Shown: piece by piece, positions 32,083-32,396 of the stretch
Layout of the letters: each line of letters starts with the position of its first letter
Position numbering within the stretch: position 1 is the stretch's first letter
Source: a virus
Lineage: Duplodnaviria > Caudoviricetes
Length of the DNA: 32,396 bases
Virus record (IMG/VR): IMGVR_UViG_3300016649_000049
Span: 1-32,396 of that record
Strand: one strand, 5' to 3'
The notes under the pieces: model-generated
Databases searched by the model: none
Told to the model about the DNA's origin: nothing
The model's input: the letters and a program-made list of their open reading frames with translations, nothing else
Translations under genes and position numbers: made by a program

Positions 32083-32152
32083 AAAATTTATATATTTACT
32101 TAATCATAAAATATCATTACTGATTCGCCATTAACTAACAGGAGAAATAGTT

Positions 32153-32326
32153 ATGGAAAAAACAATAGAAAAAACTCTAAAACAACTTGATAAAATTCAA
32201 GATATGTTGGACAAGGTTAGAGACCAACTAGAATCTGCCATTGACGATTACGCAGAAGATGATTCTTATGATGATTCTGATGACGAATCGTATGATGATG
32301 ACGAAGAAGATTCTGACGAAGAATAA
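32153..32326 (+). CDS. 57-aa protein: N-terminal helix plus very acidic tail
   Basis: AGGAG SD; MEKTIEKTLKQLDKIQDMLDKVRDQLESAIDDYAEDDSYDDSDDESYDDDEEDSDEE*. Confidence 0.8.
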   Translation: MEKTIEKTLKQLDKIQDMLDKVRDQLESAIDDYAEDDSYDDSDDESYDDDEEDSDEE

Positions 32327-32373
32327 CAATCACAGATAAGCTGAAAAGCTGGAAGGTTATCTAACCTTTAAAA

Positions 32374-32396
32374 ATGAACTCAAAAATACTTAGTAT
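32374..32396 (+). CDS. 5' end of the GH73 glucosaminidase gene (continues at position 1)
   Basis: ATG AAC TCA AAA ATA CTT AGT AT|A AAA CTA TGG is in frame with ORF 23..595. Confidence 0.8.

Larger units (their letters stand above)
1..32396. mobile_element. Complete (circularly permuted) tailed phage genome with siphovirus-like organisation
   Basis: Ordered terminase, portal, head, neck, tail tube, chaperone, tape measure, tip and fibre genes. Divergent early and late arms. The two ends join in frame inside one gene. Confidence 0.95.

Overview
The window appears to be one complete, circularly permuted ~32.4 kb genome of an AT-rich (roughly 30% GC, by eye) siphovirus-type tailed phage. The last 23 nt join position 1 in frame and complete the first gene. 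Rightward arm (30695 round the junction to 25140): replication initiator, GH73 glucosaminidase, several tiny basic proteins, small terminase, a modification cassette (MT-A70 methylase, GT-A glycosyltransferase, ParB-methyltransferase fusion, GT29-like protein), large terminase, portal, head genes, tail genes with a -1 frameshifted chaperone, tail fibre, cupin and 2OG-Fe(II) oxygenase, then lysis and nucleotide genes. Leftward arm (30497 to 25137): small early genes, membrane micropeptides, a lipoprotein, an XRE regulator, a Cas4-like exonuclease, an SSB-like protein and a PD-(D/E)XK nuclease. I found no integrase, DNA polymerase, helicase, tRNA or CRISPR array. A streamlined alphaproteobacterial (SAR11-like) host is inferred, not shown. 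Four observations stand out. (1) An uncalled 38-aa ORF copies the first 16 residues of the major capsid protein (13/16 identical, synonymous sites diverged) and adds a Lys-rich tail. (2) An HlyC/RTX-acyltransferase homolog is translationally coupled inside the tail-tip module, next to a tail protein with a signal-peptide-like leader. (3) A PhaR-box-like operator sits over the promoter of an amphipathic phasin-like micropeptide. (4) A glycosylation/methylation cassette lies between the two terminase genes. All family assignments come from motif recognition by eye; no database searches were run.
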